A stretch of DNA of 35,012 nucleotides from a bacterium (GTDB lineage: Bacteria > Patescibacteriota > Minisyncoccia > Phycocordibacterales > UBA5272): the NCBI GenBank assembly GCA_043742265.1, contig JAYTYR010000055.1, positions 1 through 35,012 on the forward strand, written 5' to 3'. The position numbers and the translations under genes were made by a program. Position 1 is the stretch's first letter. Every line of letters begins with the position of its first letter. The notes beneath the pieces were generated by a model that was not told where the DNA came from, ran no database searches, and saw nothing but the letters and a program-made list of their open reading frames with translations. Positions 16,213 to 25,446 of this stretch are shown one piece after another.

Positions 16213-16221
16213 TGTTATAAT
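16213..16221 (+). promoter_or_regulatory. extended -10 promoter TGTTATAAT, 6 nt before the ATG at 16228
   Basis: The sequence reads TGTTATAAT-aaatat-ATG. Confidence 0.5.
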
Positions 16222-16227
16222 AAATAT

Positions 16228-16800
16228 ATGCCAATAGCCCATGAGACACCAAAGATAATAAAATATGTGATAGGTATTATCATTATCGCAGCAGTATTTA
16301 ATTTTTTACCTATAAATCTATATCGTGATCTGCCACATCTAAACACTGCCGATCTAGTAAATGATAAAGATCGTACTAGTTACTATCTAGTAACTAGAGT
16401 AGTTGATGGTGATACTATAGTGGTGGATGTCAATGGGGCAGAGGAGAAGGTAAGACTAATAGGTATCAATACTCCTGAGACTGTAGATCCTAGACGCACA
16501 GTAGAGTGCTATGGTGTAGAAGCTAGCGCCTATATGAAGAGCATGGCTAATAATCAATACATACAGCTAGAATATGACAGTAGTCAAGATAAAAGAGATA
16601 AATATCATAGACTGTTAGCTTATGCATATTTACAAGATGGTCAAATGCTAAACAAAAAGATGATAGCAGATGGATACGCATACGAATATACTTATAACAA
16701 GCCTTATAAATATCAAAAAGAATTCAAAGCTGCCCAATCAGTGGCTTCCTACAGTAATCGTGGACTGTGGTCAACGGATACATGTAATGGGAAAAAGTAA
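16228..16800 (+). CDS. thermonuclease (staphylococcal/micrococcal nuclease, SNase) homologue, membrane-anchored
   Basis: 190 aa with an N-terminal TM. VVDGDTIVVDVNGAEEKVRLIGINTPET...YGVEAS...DKYHRLLAYAYL..GQMLNKKMIADGYA matches the SNase OB-fold signature. Confidence 0.85.
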   Translation: MPIAHETPKIIKYVIGIIIIAAVFNFLPINLYRDLPHLNTADLVNDKDRTSYYLVTRVVDGDTIVVDVNGAEEKVRLIGINTPETVDPRRTVECYGVEASAYMKSMANNQYIQLEYDSSQDKRDKYHRLLAYAYLQDGQMLNKKMIADGYAYEYTYNKPYKYQKEFKAAQSVASYSNRGLWSTDTCNGKK

Positions 16801-16924
16801 TAATAATTCACACTTTATATGCACACATTACAAGAAATATTAAAGATACTATGGCGACTAACTACATACGCACTTATCGGCGTATGTGTATACTACATTA
16901 TAGATATAGCATATCAGGAAGGAC

Positions 16925-17383
16925 TTATACCAGTAGCTCTGTTATAATCTGCTTTACCATTTCGCTGTCAGCAGTATCACCTAGAGACTTCATAGCCATA
17001 CCCATAAAAGGTCCTTTTTTATTTGGATCTACTGGGTTATCTGCTATTAGCTTTTGTATTTTAGATTTGACCTCTTCACGTGACATTTTGGCGGGCAGCA
17101 TAGCCTCGATGATAGCGAGCTCTATTTTCTCAATATCAGCTAGGTCTTCACGTCCTCCAGCAATGAATTGCTTTATGGAGTCTTTCCTTTGCTTTGCTAA
17201 AGTTTTTATAACTTCCATCGCATCTATATCTGACAAGGGATCAGTCGGTGGATGATTTTGTGATACAAGTTTGTTGGTAAAAGCTGCGCTTATCATACGT
17301 AACACTTGCAGTCTGTCAGCCTCTTTGGCCATCATTGCGACCTTCATCTGTGCTTTGATATCTAATTGTATATTATTTTCCAT
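16925..17383 (-). CDS. GatB/YqeY domain-containing protein
   Basis: From the internal ATG at 17383: MENNIQLDIKAQMKVAMMAKEADRLQVLRMISAAFTN...EVIKTLAKQRKDSI. This is the typical YqeY pattern at about 152 aa. The track's extra 35 N-terminal residues look like spurious read-in. Confidence 0.8.
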   Translation of the reverse strand: MENNIQLDIKAQMKVAMMAKEADRLQVLRMISAAFTNKLVSQNHPPTDPLSDIDAMEVIKTLAKQRKDSIKQFIAGGREDLADIEKIELAIIEAMLPAKMSREEVKSKIQKLIADNPVDPNKKGPFMGMAMKSLGDTADSEMVKQIITELLV

Positions 17384-17486
17384 ATATTTATATAGTAACA
17401 TGCTTTTTATTATAGTGAAAGTATGATATTTTCTAAAAAGAAGAGTATAGCAGCCTATATGTGATAGTATCATAGTTTCCCTTGTC

Positions 17487-18137
17487 ATGGCCAGCTCCGC
17501 CTCGTCAGCGATAATCGTTGCTGGCCACTTCAGTGTGATCTATGGCGGCACAGGACTTTTCGGCCCATTTACGGGTAGTCCCACCAGTAACCAAGTGGAC
17601 GCCCATCCAGGTAGTCCAAGTTTTATCGCTCTTGTCACTGGCAGGAATATAGCAGCCGCCGCAGCTTCGGTGCCGGTACGAGTGACGGCCAATCATGGCT
17701 ATGAGCTTACATCACTGGTCTTTGTGGCTGCAGGTGACTACTCCTCCTTTAGTTTCCCTAGCGTGGGCAATGTGGGGGTATCTGTTTCTGGGCAGATCAG
17801 AGTCAACCCAGCCGGCACATTGACCGGATACACATCATCACTATTGGCCACCGCGCCATTTGTGAGTAATGTGGCGTTTGACTTCACTACCCATGATTGG
17901 GAGGTTAGGGCTACCATCGTGTTGCCGTCCGGTATCGACGATGCCTGGGTCACACTAGAAAAGATATTGGTCGGCTACAGTGATCAGCCACTGGGATATG
18001 CGATGATCGAAAACAAGTTTGACGCACTCGTGGTCAACACAAGACCGATCACACAGATCCCAGAGCCAGCGACTGGGGGGCTGATAGGTTTAGGTTTGAT
18101 TTTTCTCGCGATCATTTGTTGGCGTAAAATACGCTGA
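17487..18137 (+). CDS. PEP-CTERM sorting-domain protein (no N-terminal signal peptide, possibly 5'-truncated) on a GC-rich foreign segment
   Basis: 216 aa. The C-terminus QIPEPATGGLIGLGLIFLAIICWRKIR has PEP, then a TM helix, then a basic tail. The N-terminus MASSASSAIIVAGH.. has no signal peptide. The whole ORF is far more GC-rich than its neighbours (by eye). Confidence 0.6.
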   Translation: MASSASSAIIVAGHFSVIYGGTGLFGPFTGSPTSNQVDAHPGSPSFIALVTGRNIAAAAASVPVRVTANHGYELTSLVFVAAGDYSSFSFPSVGNVGVSVSGQIRVNPAGTLTGYTSSLLATAPFVSNVAFDFTTHDWEVRATIVLPSGIDDAWVTLEKILVGYSDQPLGYAMIENKFDALVVNTRPITQIPEPATGGLIGLGLIFLAIICWRKIR

Positions 18138-18202
18138 CTGATAATGAGATTAAATTCGCACAAGTGACTGGGGTGAGATGTGAAGTCCACTTCGTAAACA
18201 TC

Positions 18203-18226
18203 AGGCCACTCTTCGGAGGGCCTTTT
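18203..18226 (+). terminator. intrinsic terminator at the right end of the GC-rich segment
   Basis: aggccactc-ttcg-gagggcct followed by TTTT. It has a UUCG-type tetraloop and one bulged base. Confidence 0.5.
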
Positions 18227-18285
18227 AATATTATTTTAATTAATTTTCCTTAATTATATTATTTGGTAATCTAACGAGAGAGGTG

Positions 18286-18291
18286 TATAAT
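18286..18291 (+). promoter_or_regulatory. -10 box TATAAT, 6 nt before the rmuC ATG at 18298
   Basis: The sequence reads gTGTATAAT-gtagaa-ATG. Confidence 0.45.
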
Positions 18292-18297
18292 GTAGAA

Positions 18298-19413
18298 ATG
18301 AATGAAAATATTGTATATATATTAATAGTTTTGGTTGGGATTTTGATATTGGCCATAATAGCTTTGCTTTTCTTTTTTATAAAGAAAAAAAGTGATGGTG
18401 ATGAATCAGATTTGCAAGAGATAATGCGACAAGAGATGGTCGAAAATATGCTTGTTTTAAAAGAAAATTTAAGATCTATCAAAGAGGATATACATCATAA
18501 TGCGCGCAATTTTCAAGATAATATACGCGAACAAAATAGGGATATAAACGCTAATGTGAAATTACAATTTACCGAAAGTCAGAAGCTTATAAGTGATATT
18601 ACTAAAGAGATAACAGAAGTAAAAGAAGGAAATAAACAAGTACTCAACATGACAGAGCAGCTATCCAATCTAGAAAAAGTATTAACAAATCAAAAGCAAA
18701 GAGGTAATTGGGGGGAGTCTACTCTTGACTTGATACTATCAAATTTTATAAATGGTAACTATACTATGCAGTATAAATTTGAAAATGGTGAGATTGTAGA
18801 TGCTGTGATACATATAAAAAATAAACTACTACCCATAGATTCTAAGTTTTCACTAGATAACTATCAACGAGCCGTAGATGCAGAAAATGAAGAAGATAGA
18901 AAATTTTTCGCAGAAGAGTTTAAAAAAGATTTAAAATTAAGAGTAACAGAGACAGCCAAATATATCAGAGAAAAAGAAAATACTTTATCTATAGCGTTCA
19001 TGTTTATTCCTAGCGAGGCCATATATTATGACCTACTAGCAGGAGAAAATAGTAGAATAAAAGTCAATACTCAAAAGCTGCTTGAATACGCTCAGTCTCA
19101 ACGCATATTTATAGTCTCAGCTACTAGTTTAATAGCTTATCTACATTTAGTTATTGCTGGTATTCAAGCTTTTAATACAGAAAAAAATTCAGAGAAAATC
19201 AAAGGTAACGTCGAGCAACTTAGTAAGCATATAAATACTTATGAAGAATACATGAAGAAATTAGGCAGCTCGATGGATACTACGGTTAATCATTATAATA
19301 GCGCCTACAAAGAACTAAAGAAGATAGACAAGGATGTATATAAAATTACCGACGGTACAAATGGCGGAAGTATAGAGCCCATACTAATAGAAAAAACTAG
19401 TAAAGAAGAGTAG
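18298..19413 (+). CDS. rmuC: DNA recombination protein RmuC
   Basis: N-terminal TM, a long coiled coil, then QKQRGNWGESTLDLILSN...FMFIPSEAIY, a typical RmuC block. The start is moved to ATG 18298 on promoter spacing (track GTG 18283). Confidence 0.8.
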   Translation: MNENIVYILIVLVGILILAIIALLFFFIKKKSDGDESDLQEIMRQEMVENMLVLKENLRSIKEDIHHNARNFQDNIREQNRDINANVKLQFTESQKLISDITKEITEVKEGNKQVLNMTEQLSNLEKVLTNQKQRGNWGESTLDLILSNFINGNYTMQYKFENGEIVDAVIHIKNKLLPIDSKFSLDNYQRAVDAENEEDRKFFAEEFKKDLKLRVTETAKYIREKENTLSIAFMFIPSEAIYYDLLAGENSRIKVNTQKLLEYAQSQRIFIVSATSLIAYLHLVIAGIQAFNTEKNSEKIKGNVEQLSKHINTYEEYMKKLGSSMDTTVNHYNSAYKELKKIDKDVYKITDGTNGGSIEPILIEKTSKEE

Positions 19414-19474
19414 TTTAAGTAAGTAAAAACACAAGTTTGCAAAAAGCATTTTTTTAATGTATAATAGTAACACT

Positions 19475-19786
19475 ATGAAATTCGCAGTAATACACACAGG
19501 TGGTAAACAATATATCGCCGAAGAAGGAAAGAAAATAAAGATCGAGAAACTAGATGGCGATTATAAAGTGGGAGACAAAGTAGTTTTTGATAATATAGTA
19601 TTAAATGTAAATGAGTCAGATATCAAAGTAGGCACTCCATATACAGGAGCTAAAGTCGAGGCCGAGATATTCGCCATCGAAAGATATGCTAAAATAGACG
19701 TAGTTAAGTATTTACAAAAAAGTAGATACTATAAAAAGAGAGGACATCGTCAACCGTATTTTGAGATTAAAATAACGAAAGCGTAA
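19475..19786 (+). CDS. rplU: 50S ribosomal protein L21 (bL21)
   Basis: MKFAVIHTGGKQYIAEEGKKIKIEKL...KRGHRQPYFEIKI is the bL21 signature. I prefer the ATG at 19475. Confidence 0.9.
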   Translation: MKFAVIHTGGKQYIAEEGKKIKIEKLDGDYKVGDKVVFDNIVLNVNESDIKVGTPYTGAKVEAEIFAIERYAKIDVVKYLQKSRYYKKRGHRQPYFEIKITKA

Positions 19787-19839
19787 ATAAATACAAAATA
19801 TGCGCGAGCCTACGGCTCGCGCATATTTTGTATTTATTT
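19785..19839. terminator. bidirectional intrinsic terminator: perfect 26-bp inverted repeat with a 3-nt loop
   Basis: aaataaatacaaaatatgcgcgagcc-tac-ggctcgcgcatattttgtatttattt. It lies between convergent rplU and recR and overlaps both stop codons. Confidence 0.75.
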
Positions 19840-20458
19840 AATTACGTCTTCTGTATGCCTCAAAGAAAGTATCTCTATCTACATACTCTATATCTAAACC
19901 TGATGATAAACCTCTAGCGAGTATGCTGATTTTGACTTTCTCTATGCCAACTAGTTGAGATAAAGTTTTATTTAAATATTCTATTGTATTGTCACCTTCA
20001 TCTGTCACTGGGAGGGCATACACTATTTCTAAATTTGTATTTTGTATTTTGTTTCTAATTAAAGAAGTCAATTCTCTTATCTTTATCATCTCTGTAGGTT
20101 TATCAGCCAGAAAAGTAAGTAGTCCTCCTAGTACGAAATATTTACCACTGTATGATCCTGTGCGCTCGATAGCATCTATATCTAGCTCCTTCTCTACTAT
20201 CATTAGTATATTGTCATCTCTATTTTTATCTACACAAATAGAGCAGAAGTTTACACATTCTTTATCATGATTTACGTAATTATGATACCTATAACAGATA
20301 GGACATTCTCTAGCTTCTAATTTTATATTTTGTATTTCTTTTATCAAAGAGTCCTTATATTTATCGTTAGACCTCATAAGATAATAGACAAAGCGTGTGG
20401 CTTGCTTTGGTCCTATGCCTGGTAATTTTTGAAAAAGCTCTACTAAGTTTGGGTTCAT
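19838..20458 (-). CDS. recR: recombination protein RecR
   Basis: 206 aa. LPGIGPKQATRFVYYL forms the HhH, followed by a Cys4 zinc motif (CPICY...CSIC) and a Toprim region. Confidence 0.9.
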   Translation of the reverse strand: MNPNLVELFQKLPGIGPKQATRFVYYLMRSNDKYKDSLIKEIQNIKLEARECPICYRYHNYVNHDKECVNFCSICVDKNRDDNILMIVEKELDIDAIERTGSYSGKYFVLGGLLTFLADKPTEMIKIRELTSLIRNKIQNTNLEIVYALPVTDEGDNTIEYLNKTLSQLVGIEKVKISILARGLSSGLDIEYVDRDTFFEAYRRRN

Positions 20459-20461
20459 GTG

Positions 20462-21853
20462 TTAAAAATCATTAAGTGCGTCTACATTGACCTTAGTGCT
20501 GACATTATTAAAATCACCAAACTGGTCTTTGGACATTTCTGAGAAGCTAGTACGTTTGGCATCAAATATCAAATTGATCATACCTGTGGCACCATTACGA
20601 TGCTTTTCTATTAGTAATTCTACTTGATTATTGATTTTATTTTCTTCACCATATTTATCATCACGATGTATAAACATCACGATGTCAGCATCCTGTTCTA
20701 TGGAGCCGGAATCTCTTAGATCTGATAGACGAGGCTTACCACCACGCTGCTCCACAGAGCGTGATAGCTGAGATAAGGCTATTACTGGAGCTTTAAACTC
20801 TTTGGCAAGCTGTTTCAAGCTTCTAGATATATCTGTTACTTGATTTACCATAGAGTCATAATTCTTGGTGGTGTTCATCAGCTGGAGATAGTCTACTACG
20901 ATGAGCTCTATAGGCCTTTCAGCCTTTAGTCTACGCAGTACTGATCTCATATTTACAATATTGTTACCAGGAGTGTCATCTATGTATATTGGCGCTTTAG
21001 CGAGATCATTTAGCCCATTTTGGAGCCTTTCTATGTCATGATGCATATCTAGATTGCCTGTACGCAGCTTCCATCCATCTACTTTGGACTGAGCAGCTAA
21101 CATGCGATCAAAAAGCTGCTCTTTACTCATTTCTAGAGAAAATACAGCACAAAAGTGCCCATGGTTAACAGCTGCATTACGTACAAAATCCATTACCAAA
21201 GAAGTTTTACCTACTGATGGGCGTGCTGCCAATATGATGAGATCTGACTTTTGAAATCCTGATAATATATGATCAAGCTTTGGTATACCTGATGGTATAC
21301 CACGGAGAGCAGCGCCGTCCCCGTCTTGAAGCCTCTCTATTCTCGTCCATGCTTCTTCTATCAACTCCTTCACAGCTATTAGCCTCTGTGATCCGCCACC
21401 ATTACTAGTGATCTCATATACTTCTCGCTCTGCCTCCTCCAATATATGCTCTAATGGATGTGCTTCATCAAAACTCATCTCAGAGATTTTATTGCTAGCA
21501 TTTATGAGTTTGCGTAGCATATCCTTCTTGGCTACTATCTGTGCATAATACTTTATATTGGCAGCTGACCCGACAGTATTTACTATTTCAGCTATATATG
21601 AGGCACCACCGATTTGATCCAGCACCTTCTTTTCACGCAGATCTGTCGCGAGAGTGACGGCGTCCACGGGTATTTTCCTATTGATAAGCTCTGCTATAGA
21701 CTCCCATACCATGCGATTACGCTCAGAGTAAAAGCTTTTACTATTTATAATATCTGCCACCTCATAATAGCTATCATGAGCAAGCAACATAGAACCGAGC
21801 AAAGCTTGCTCGCTGTCTAGATCTTGGGGGGGTACTCTATTTCCTAATGCCAT
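20462..21853 (-). CDS. dnaB: replicative DNA helicase DnaB
   Basis: 463 aa. PPQDLDSEQALLGSML at the N-terminus, Walker A ARPSVGKTS, and ...LSQLSRSVEQR...LSDLRDSGSIEQDADIVMFIHRD. Confidence 0.95.
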   Translation of the reverse strand: MALGNRVPPQDLDSEQALLGSMLLAHDSYYEVADIINSKSFYSERNRMVWESIAELINRKIPVDAVTLATDLREKKVLDQIGGASYIAEIVNTVGSAANIKYYAQIVAKKDMLRKLINASNKISEMSFDEAHPLEHILEEAEREVYEITSNGGGSQRLIAVKELIEEAWTRIERLQDGDGAALRGIPSGIPKLDHILSGFQKSDLIILAARPSVGKTSLVMDFVRNAAVNHGHFCAVFSLEMSKEQLFDRMLAAQSKVDGWKLRTGNLDMHHDIERLQNGLNDLAKAPIYIDDTPGNNIVNMRSVLRRLKAERPIELIVVDYLQLMNTTKNYDSMVNQVTDISRSLKQLAKEFKAPVIALSQLSRSVEQRGGKPRLSDLRDSGSIEQDADIVMFIHRDDKYGEENKINNQVELLIEKHRNGATGMINLIFDAKRTSFSEMSKDQFGDFNNVSTKVNVDALNDF

Positions 21854-22045
21854 ATATTTGTCTATACATTGTAGCAGATAAATAGGCTTTTTGCATACTG
21901 TACAAAGAGACTATATAGTGTGGATATGTCTACAATTCCAAATTAACCTACCCAGATACCAGATATAAGTGAGGCAAATGCGTAATGAGTGTTACATTAA
22001 GAGGTTGAATGTGCCATGTTAAAATTTAACAAAACATAGATTTTG

Positions 22046-22054
22046 TGGTATTAT
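22046..22054 (+). promoter_or_regulatory. extended -10-like promoter TGGTATTAT, 7 nt before the ATG at 22062
   Basis: The sequence reads TGGTATTAT-gtcaagt-ATG. The track start at 22053 lies inside the -10 box. Confidence 0.4.
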
Positions 22055-22061
22055 GTCAAGT

Positions 22062-23381
22062 ATGAATCATGATAAAAATATAGAGCTAATAACCAGACTG
22101 TCTACTGAGAAAGGAGAGCCGGAGTGGATGTATGATATGAGGATGAAGGCTTATACAGAATTCATAGCAAAGCCGATGATGGACTGGGGGCCTGATATAT
22201 CAGGGCTAGATCTAGCTAATATTAAATTTTATACTAGTCCTGACCTAGTAGAGAGTGATAGCTGGGATCAGCTGCCTGACGAAGTAAAGGAGACCTTTGA
22301 TCGTCTAGGTATACCCGAGGCCGAGAAGAAATATCTAGGTGGAGTAGGGGCTCAATACGACTCGGGTATGGTATATCATCGTATATTAGAGAGTCTAGCC
22401 AAGCAGGGTGTGATATTTGAAAATATGGACAAGGCGTTACATCTATATCCAGATCTAGTGCGTGATCACTTTGGTAAATGTATCAAGTATAATGAGCATA
22501 AATTCTCACTTCTACATTATGCATTTTGGTCTGGGGGTACTTTTATATATGTACCAAAGAGTGTCAAAGTTTCTATGCCATTACAGGCATATTTCCGCAT
22601 GAATGCCATCAGTAGTGGACAGTTTGAGCATACTCTTATCATTGCAGATGAAGGCTCATATATAGAATACATTGAGGGCTGTAGTGCACCTAGATATAAT
22701 GCTTCGTCTATACATGCAGGAGGTGTAGAGATATTTGTAAAGGATAAAGCTCATGTGAAATATAGCAGTATAGAGAATTGGTCGAGAAACACTTATAATC
22801 TGAATACTAAAAAGGCCCATGTACATACAGATGCGAAAATAGAGTGGCTTAATGGCAATATGGGTAGTCATACTACCATGCTATATCCTACCTCTATACT
22901 GCTGGGTGATAGATCTAGCAACATATCGCTAGGGGTAGTCATGGCAGGAGAAAATCAATATCAAGATACAGGCAGTAAGGTGATACATATAGGACGTAAT
23001 ACCAACTCTATAATAAAAAGTAAAAGTATCAGTCGTGATGGTGGCGTAGCAAACTATCGTGGCATGGTGCAAGTAACCAAAGATGCTGATAATGCTACTT
23101 CTTATATAGAATGTGATGCGCTAATGCTAGATGATATGAGCGTGTCCAATACTTGGCCGACCAACAAAATAGAGAATAGCAGCGCTGAAATAGTACATGA
23201 AGCGAGAGTAGGGAAAGTGAGTGTGGATACACTGCATTATTTACAAGCTCATGGCCTCACAGAGGAGGAGTCTATGCGCGCTATAGTCGGTGGATACATG
23301 AGTGAAGTAGTAAAGAAGCTACCGCTGGAGTATGCGATAGAGCTGAATCGACTTATTGATCTAGAAATGGAAAATAAATAA
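22062..23381 (+). CDS. sufB: Fe-S cluster assembly protein SufB
   Basis: About 439 aa. ...FWSGGTFIYVPK...HTLIIADEGSYIEYIEGCSAP...IENWS...GSKVIHIG.NT.S.I.SKSIS..GG...YRG are the conserved SufB blocks. Confidence 0.9.
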   Translation: MNHDKNIELITRLSTEKGEPEWMYDMRMKAYTEFIAKPMMDWGPDISGLDLANIKFYTSPDLVESDSWDQLPDEVKETFDRLGIPEAEKKYLGGVGAQYDSGMVYHRILESLAKQGVIFENMDKALHLYPDLVRDHFGKCIKYNEHKFSLLHYAFWSGGTFIYVPKSVKVSMPLQAYFRMNAISSGQFEHTLIIADEGSYIEYIEGCSAPRYNASSIHAGGVEIFVKDKAHVKYSSIENWSRNTYNLNTKKAHVHTDAKIEWLNGNMGSHTTMLYPTSILLGDRSSNISLGVVMAGENQYQDTGSKVIHIGRNTNSIIKSKSISRDGGVANYRGMVQVTKDADNATSYIECDALMLDDMSVSNTWPTNKIENSSAEIVHEARVGKVSVDTLHYLQAHGLTEEESMRAIVGGYMSEVVKKLPLEYAIELNRLIDLEMENK

Positions 23382-23411
23382 TAAATTTTTATTTTAAAAT
23401 TATTAAATTTT

Positions 23412-23942
23412 ATGAAAAGCTATAGTCTAAAAGTAAACACACCATATGACGATATAAAGATTAACTTTATAAGTATAAATAGTGACACATGTATCAATGA
23501 ATATATAGATAATGCTACGGCACATAGTAGCTATATAGTAAAAAATGGAGCAAAGCTTATTATTAACACTATAATAGATAGCAAAAAAGATAATGTAATA
23601 GATGTGTATCATAAAGTAGAGCTAGCAAGTGACGCTGCTGAAGTAAGAATAAATGTAAAAGGTGTAGTCGATAATGAGAGCAAAATAATATACAGGAGCA
23701 ACATAGTCACTAATAATAATTATCAAAATCTAAAAGGTGAAGAAGCTTTACGTTTTATTATTTTAGATAACAGATCAGAAGTAGATGCTATACCATCATT
23801 AGAAATAGCAAAGAATAATGTGAACGCGTCGCATTCTCTTAAAATAGAAAGGCTAGACGAAAAGAAACTTTTTTATATAATTATACATGGTCTAGATATA
23901 GATCAAGCAAGGGAGGCATACGTAGAGGGACTAATGCGATAA
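23412..23942 (+). CDS. sufD: minimal SufD-like protein (C-terminal beta-helix part only)
   Basis: 176 aa. ...EVDAIPSLEIAKNNVNASHSLKIERLDEKKLFYIIIHGLDIDQAREAYVEGLM matches the SufD/SufB C-terminal pattern (P.LeI..ddVk.sH......ld.e.lFYl.sRG). It is much shorter than typical SufD. Confidence 0.6.
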   Translation: MKSYSLKVNTPYDDIKINFISINSDTCINEYIDNATAHSSYIVKNGAKLIINTIIDSKKDNVIDVYHKVELASDAAEVRINVKGVVDNESKIIYRSNIVTNNNYQNLKGEEALRFIILDNRSEVDAIPSLEIAKNNVNASHSLKIERLDEKKLFYIIIHGLDIDQAREAYVEGLMR

Positions 23943-23985
23943 TTATAAATTTGTGGAATTGTTATAAGTATAAAGATATTTAGTA

Positions 23986-23994
23986 TGTTATCAT
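23986..23994 (+). promoter_or_regulatory. extended -10-like promoter TGTTATCAT, 6 nt before the sufS ATG at 24001
   Basis: The sequence reads TGTTATCAT-aggtat-ATG. Confidence 0.4.
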
Positions 23995-24000
23995 AGGTAT

Positions 24001-25347
24001 ATGAATAGAGAAGATTTTCCATTTTTTAAAAATAACATTATTTATTTTGATAACGCTGCTAGTTCGCAGACACCGCAGATAGTGCTAGATGCGATGAATG
24101 AGTATTATACCGACTATAGAGCCAACATACATCGTGGTGTATATGACGCGAGCGAGCGAGCGAGTACTGTCTATGATAATGTACGCAAGCAATGTGCTGT
24201 CATGTTTGGTGTCGACAACGACGATATCATATTTACTGCTGGATCTACTATGGCGAGCAATATGCTAATCATGATGCTAGAAGATTATATAAAATGGAGT
24301 GATGACGACTTTGTAAATAAAAATCAAATTATTACTACATATTATGAACACAACTCCATCACTATACCTATAATAGAGCTAGCCAAAAGGAAAAATTTAG
24401 AGATTATTTATATTGATCACGAAGTTACACCATCTTCTTTGTGGCCAAAAGCCACTGAGAAGATGGTGTATGATCCTTTGCTTGGTCAAGCCAAAAGAGA
24501 AAAGTGTATGGAGCCACTTTCTAAAAAAGAAAGAAAAGAAAAGTCATACGAACAATGGTCTTTGATTTTGAATAAAGATGTAAAGCTGATCAACTTGACC
24601 ATGGCTAGCAATGTGAATGGTAATATTTTTGATATTGGGCTAGCGATAGAAAGTATAGAGAAAGTTTGTAAAGAAAGAGGATATAAAAGGCCAGTTATAA
24701 TTAGTGATATGACGGCGATAGCAGGGCATATGGAGATCAATTTAAAATTACTAGGTCTCGATGCTGCATGGTGTAGTGCTCATAAGATGTGTGGCCCGAC
24801 TGGCGTAGGTGTACTTTATATCAAAAGAGATATATCGCGCATGATGAGGCCTGTGATATATGGTGGTGGTATGGTACATAGAGTAGAAAGTGATACGGCT
24901 ACGTATAGATCAGATGTGATGGCCTTTGAGGCTGGGACAGCGAATATAGCAGGCGTGATAGGGCTAGGATCTGCGATCAAATATATAGAAGGTATAGGTT
25001 TAAAAAATATACATAATCATATAGTAGAGTTACACAATTATGCATATGAAAAGATGATACATTTGCCTTATGTCAAGCTCTATACCAGTCAAAGTGAAAA
25101 TAATATCGGCATTATCTCATTTGAAATTATTAAAAATAAAACAGAAAATATACATCCTCACGATATAGCACAAGTGCTATCTGACAATAGCATGGCCGTG
25201 AGAGCTGGGCATCATTGTGTGCCACTTTATATGCAGTATATAAAAGTCAATGCACTTTGCCGTATGAGTTTTTATTTTTATAATAACAAAGAAGAGGTAG
25301 ATAGATTTATTAAAGTTTTGGATCTAATATATAAGAAGTTTTCTTGA
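24001..25347 (+). CDS. sufS: cysteine desulfurase SufS/CsdA-type (class V aminotransferase), with internal insertion
   Basis: 448 aa. FFKNNIIYFDNAASSQTPQ at the N-terminus, the SAHKMCGPTGVGVLY PLP-lysine block, and RAGHHCVPL active-site Cys region. Confidence 0.85.
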   Translation: MNREDFPFFKNNIIYFDNAASSQTPQIVLDAMNEYYTDYRANIHRGVYDASERASTVYDNVRKQCAVMFGVDNDDIIFTAGSTMASNMLIMMLEDYIKWSDDDFVNKNQIITTYYEHNSITIPIIELAKRKNLEIIYIDHEVTPSSLWPKATEKMVYDPLLGQAKREKCMEPLSKKERKEKSYEQWSLILNKDVKLINLTMASNVNGNIFDIGLAIESIEKVCKERGYKRPVIISDMTAIAGHMEINLKLLGLDAAWCSAHKMCGPTGVGVLYIKRDISRMMRPVIYGGGMVHRVESDTATYRSDVMAFEAGTANIAGVIGLGSAIKYIEGIGLKNIHNHIVELHNYAYEKMIHLPYVKLYTSQSENNIGIISFEIIKNKTENIHPHDIAQVLSDNSMAVRAGHHCVPLYMQYIKVNALCRMSFYFYNNKEEVDRFIKVLDLIYKKFS

Positions 25348-25431
25348 TTTATTTTTTGAATATGAGTAATTATAGATAATAAGATGATGTATCTATTATG
25401 CTTTGTCAATAGGGTAATGTGTTATATTTTA

Positions 25432-25440
25432 TGTTATTAT
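25432..25440 (+). promoter_or_regulatory. extended -10-like promoter TGTTATTAT, 6 nt before the mreB GTG start at 25447
   Basis: The sequence reads TGTTATTAT-tagtga-GTG. Confidence 0.35.
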
Positions 25441-25446
25441 TAGTGA

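Noticed and set aside
17505-18190. Minus-strand ORFs inside the GC-rich insert (17505-17696, 17738-17953, 17984-18190)
   Set aside because: The plus-strand ORF spans the entire insert and ends in a clear PEP-CTERM motif. The minus-strand ORFs are short shadows typical of GC-rich DNA.
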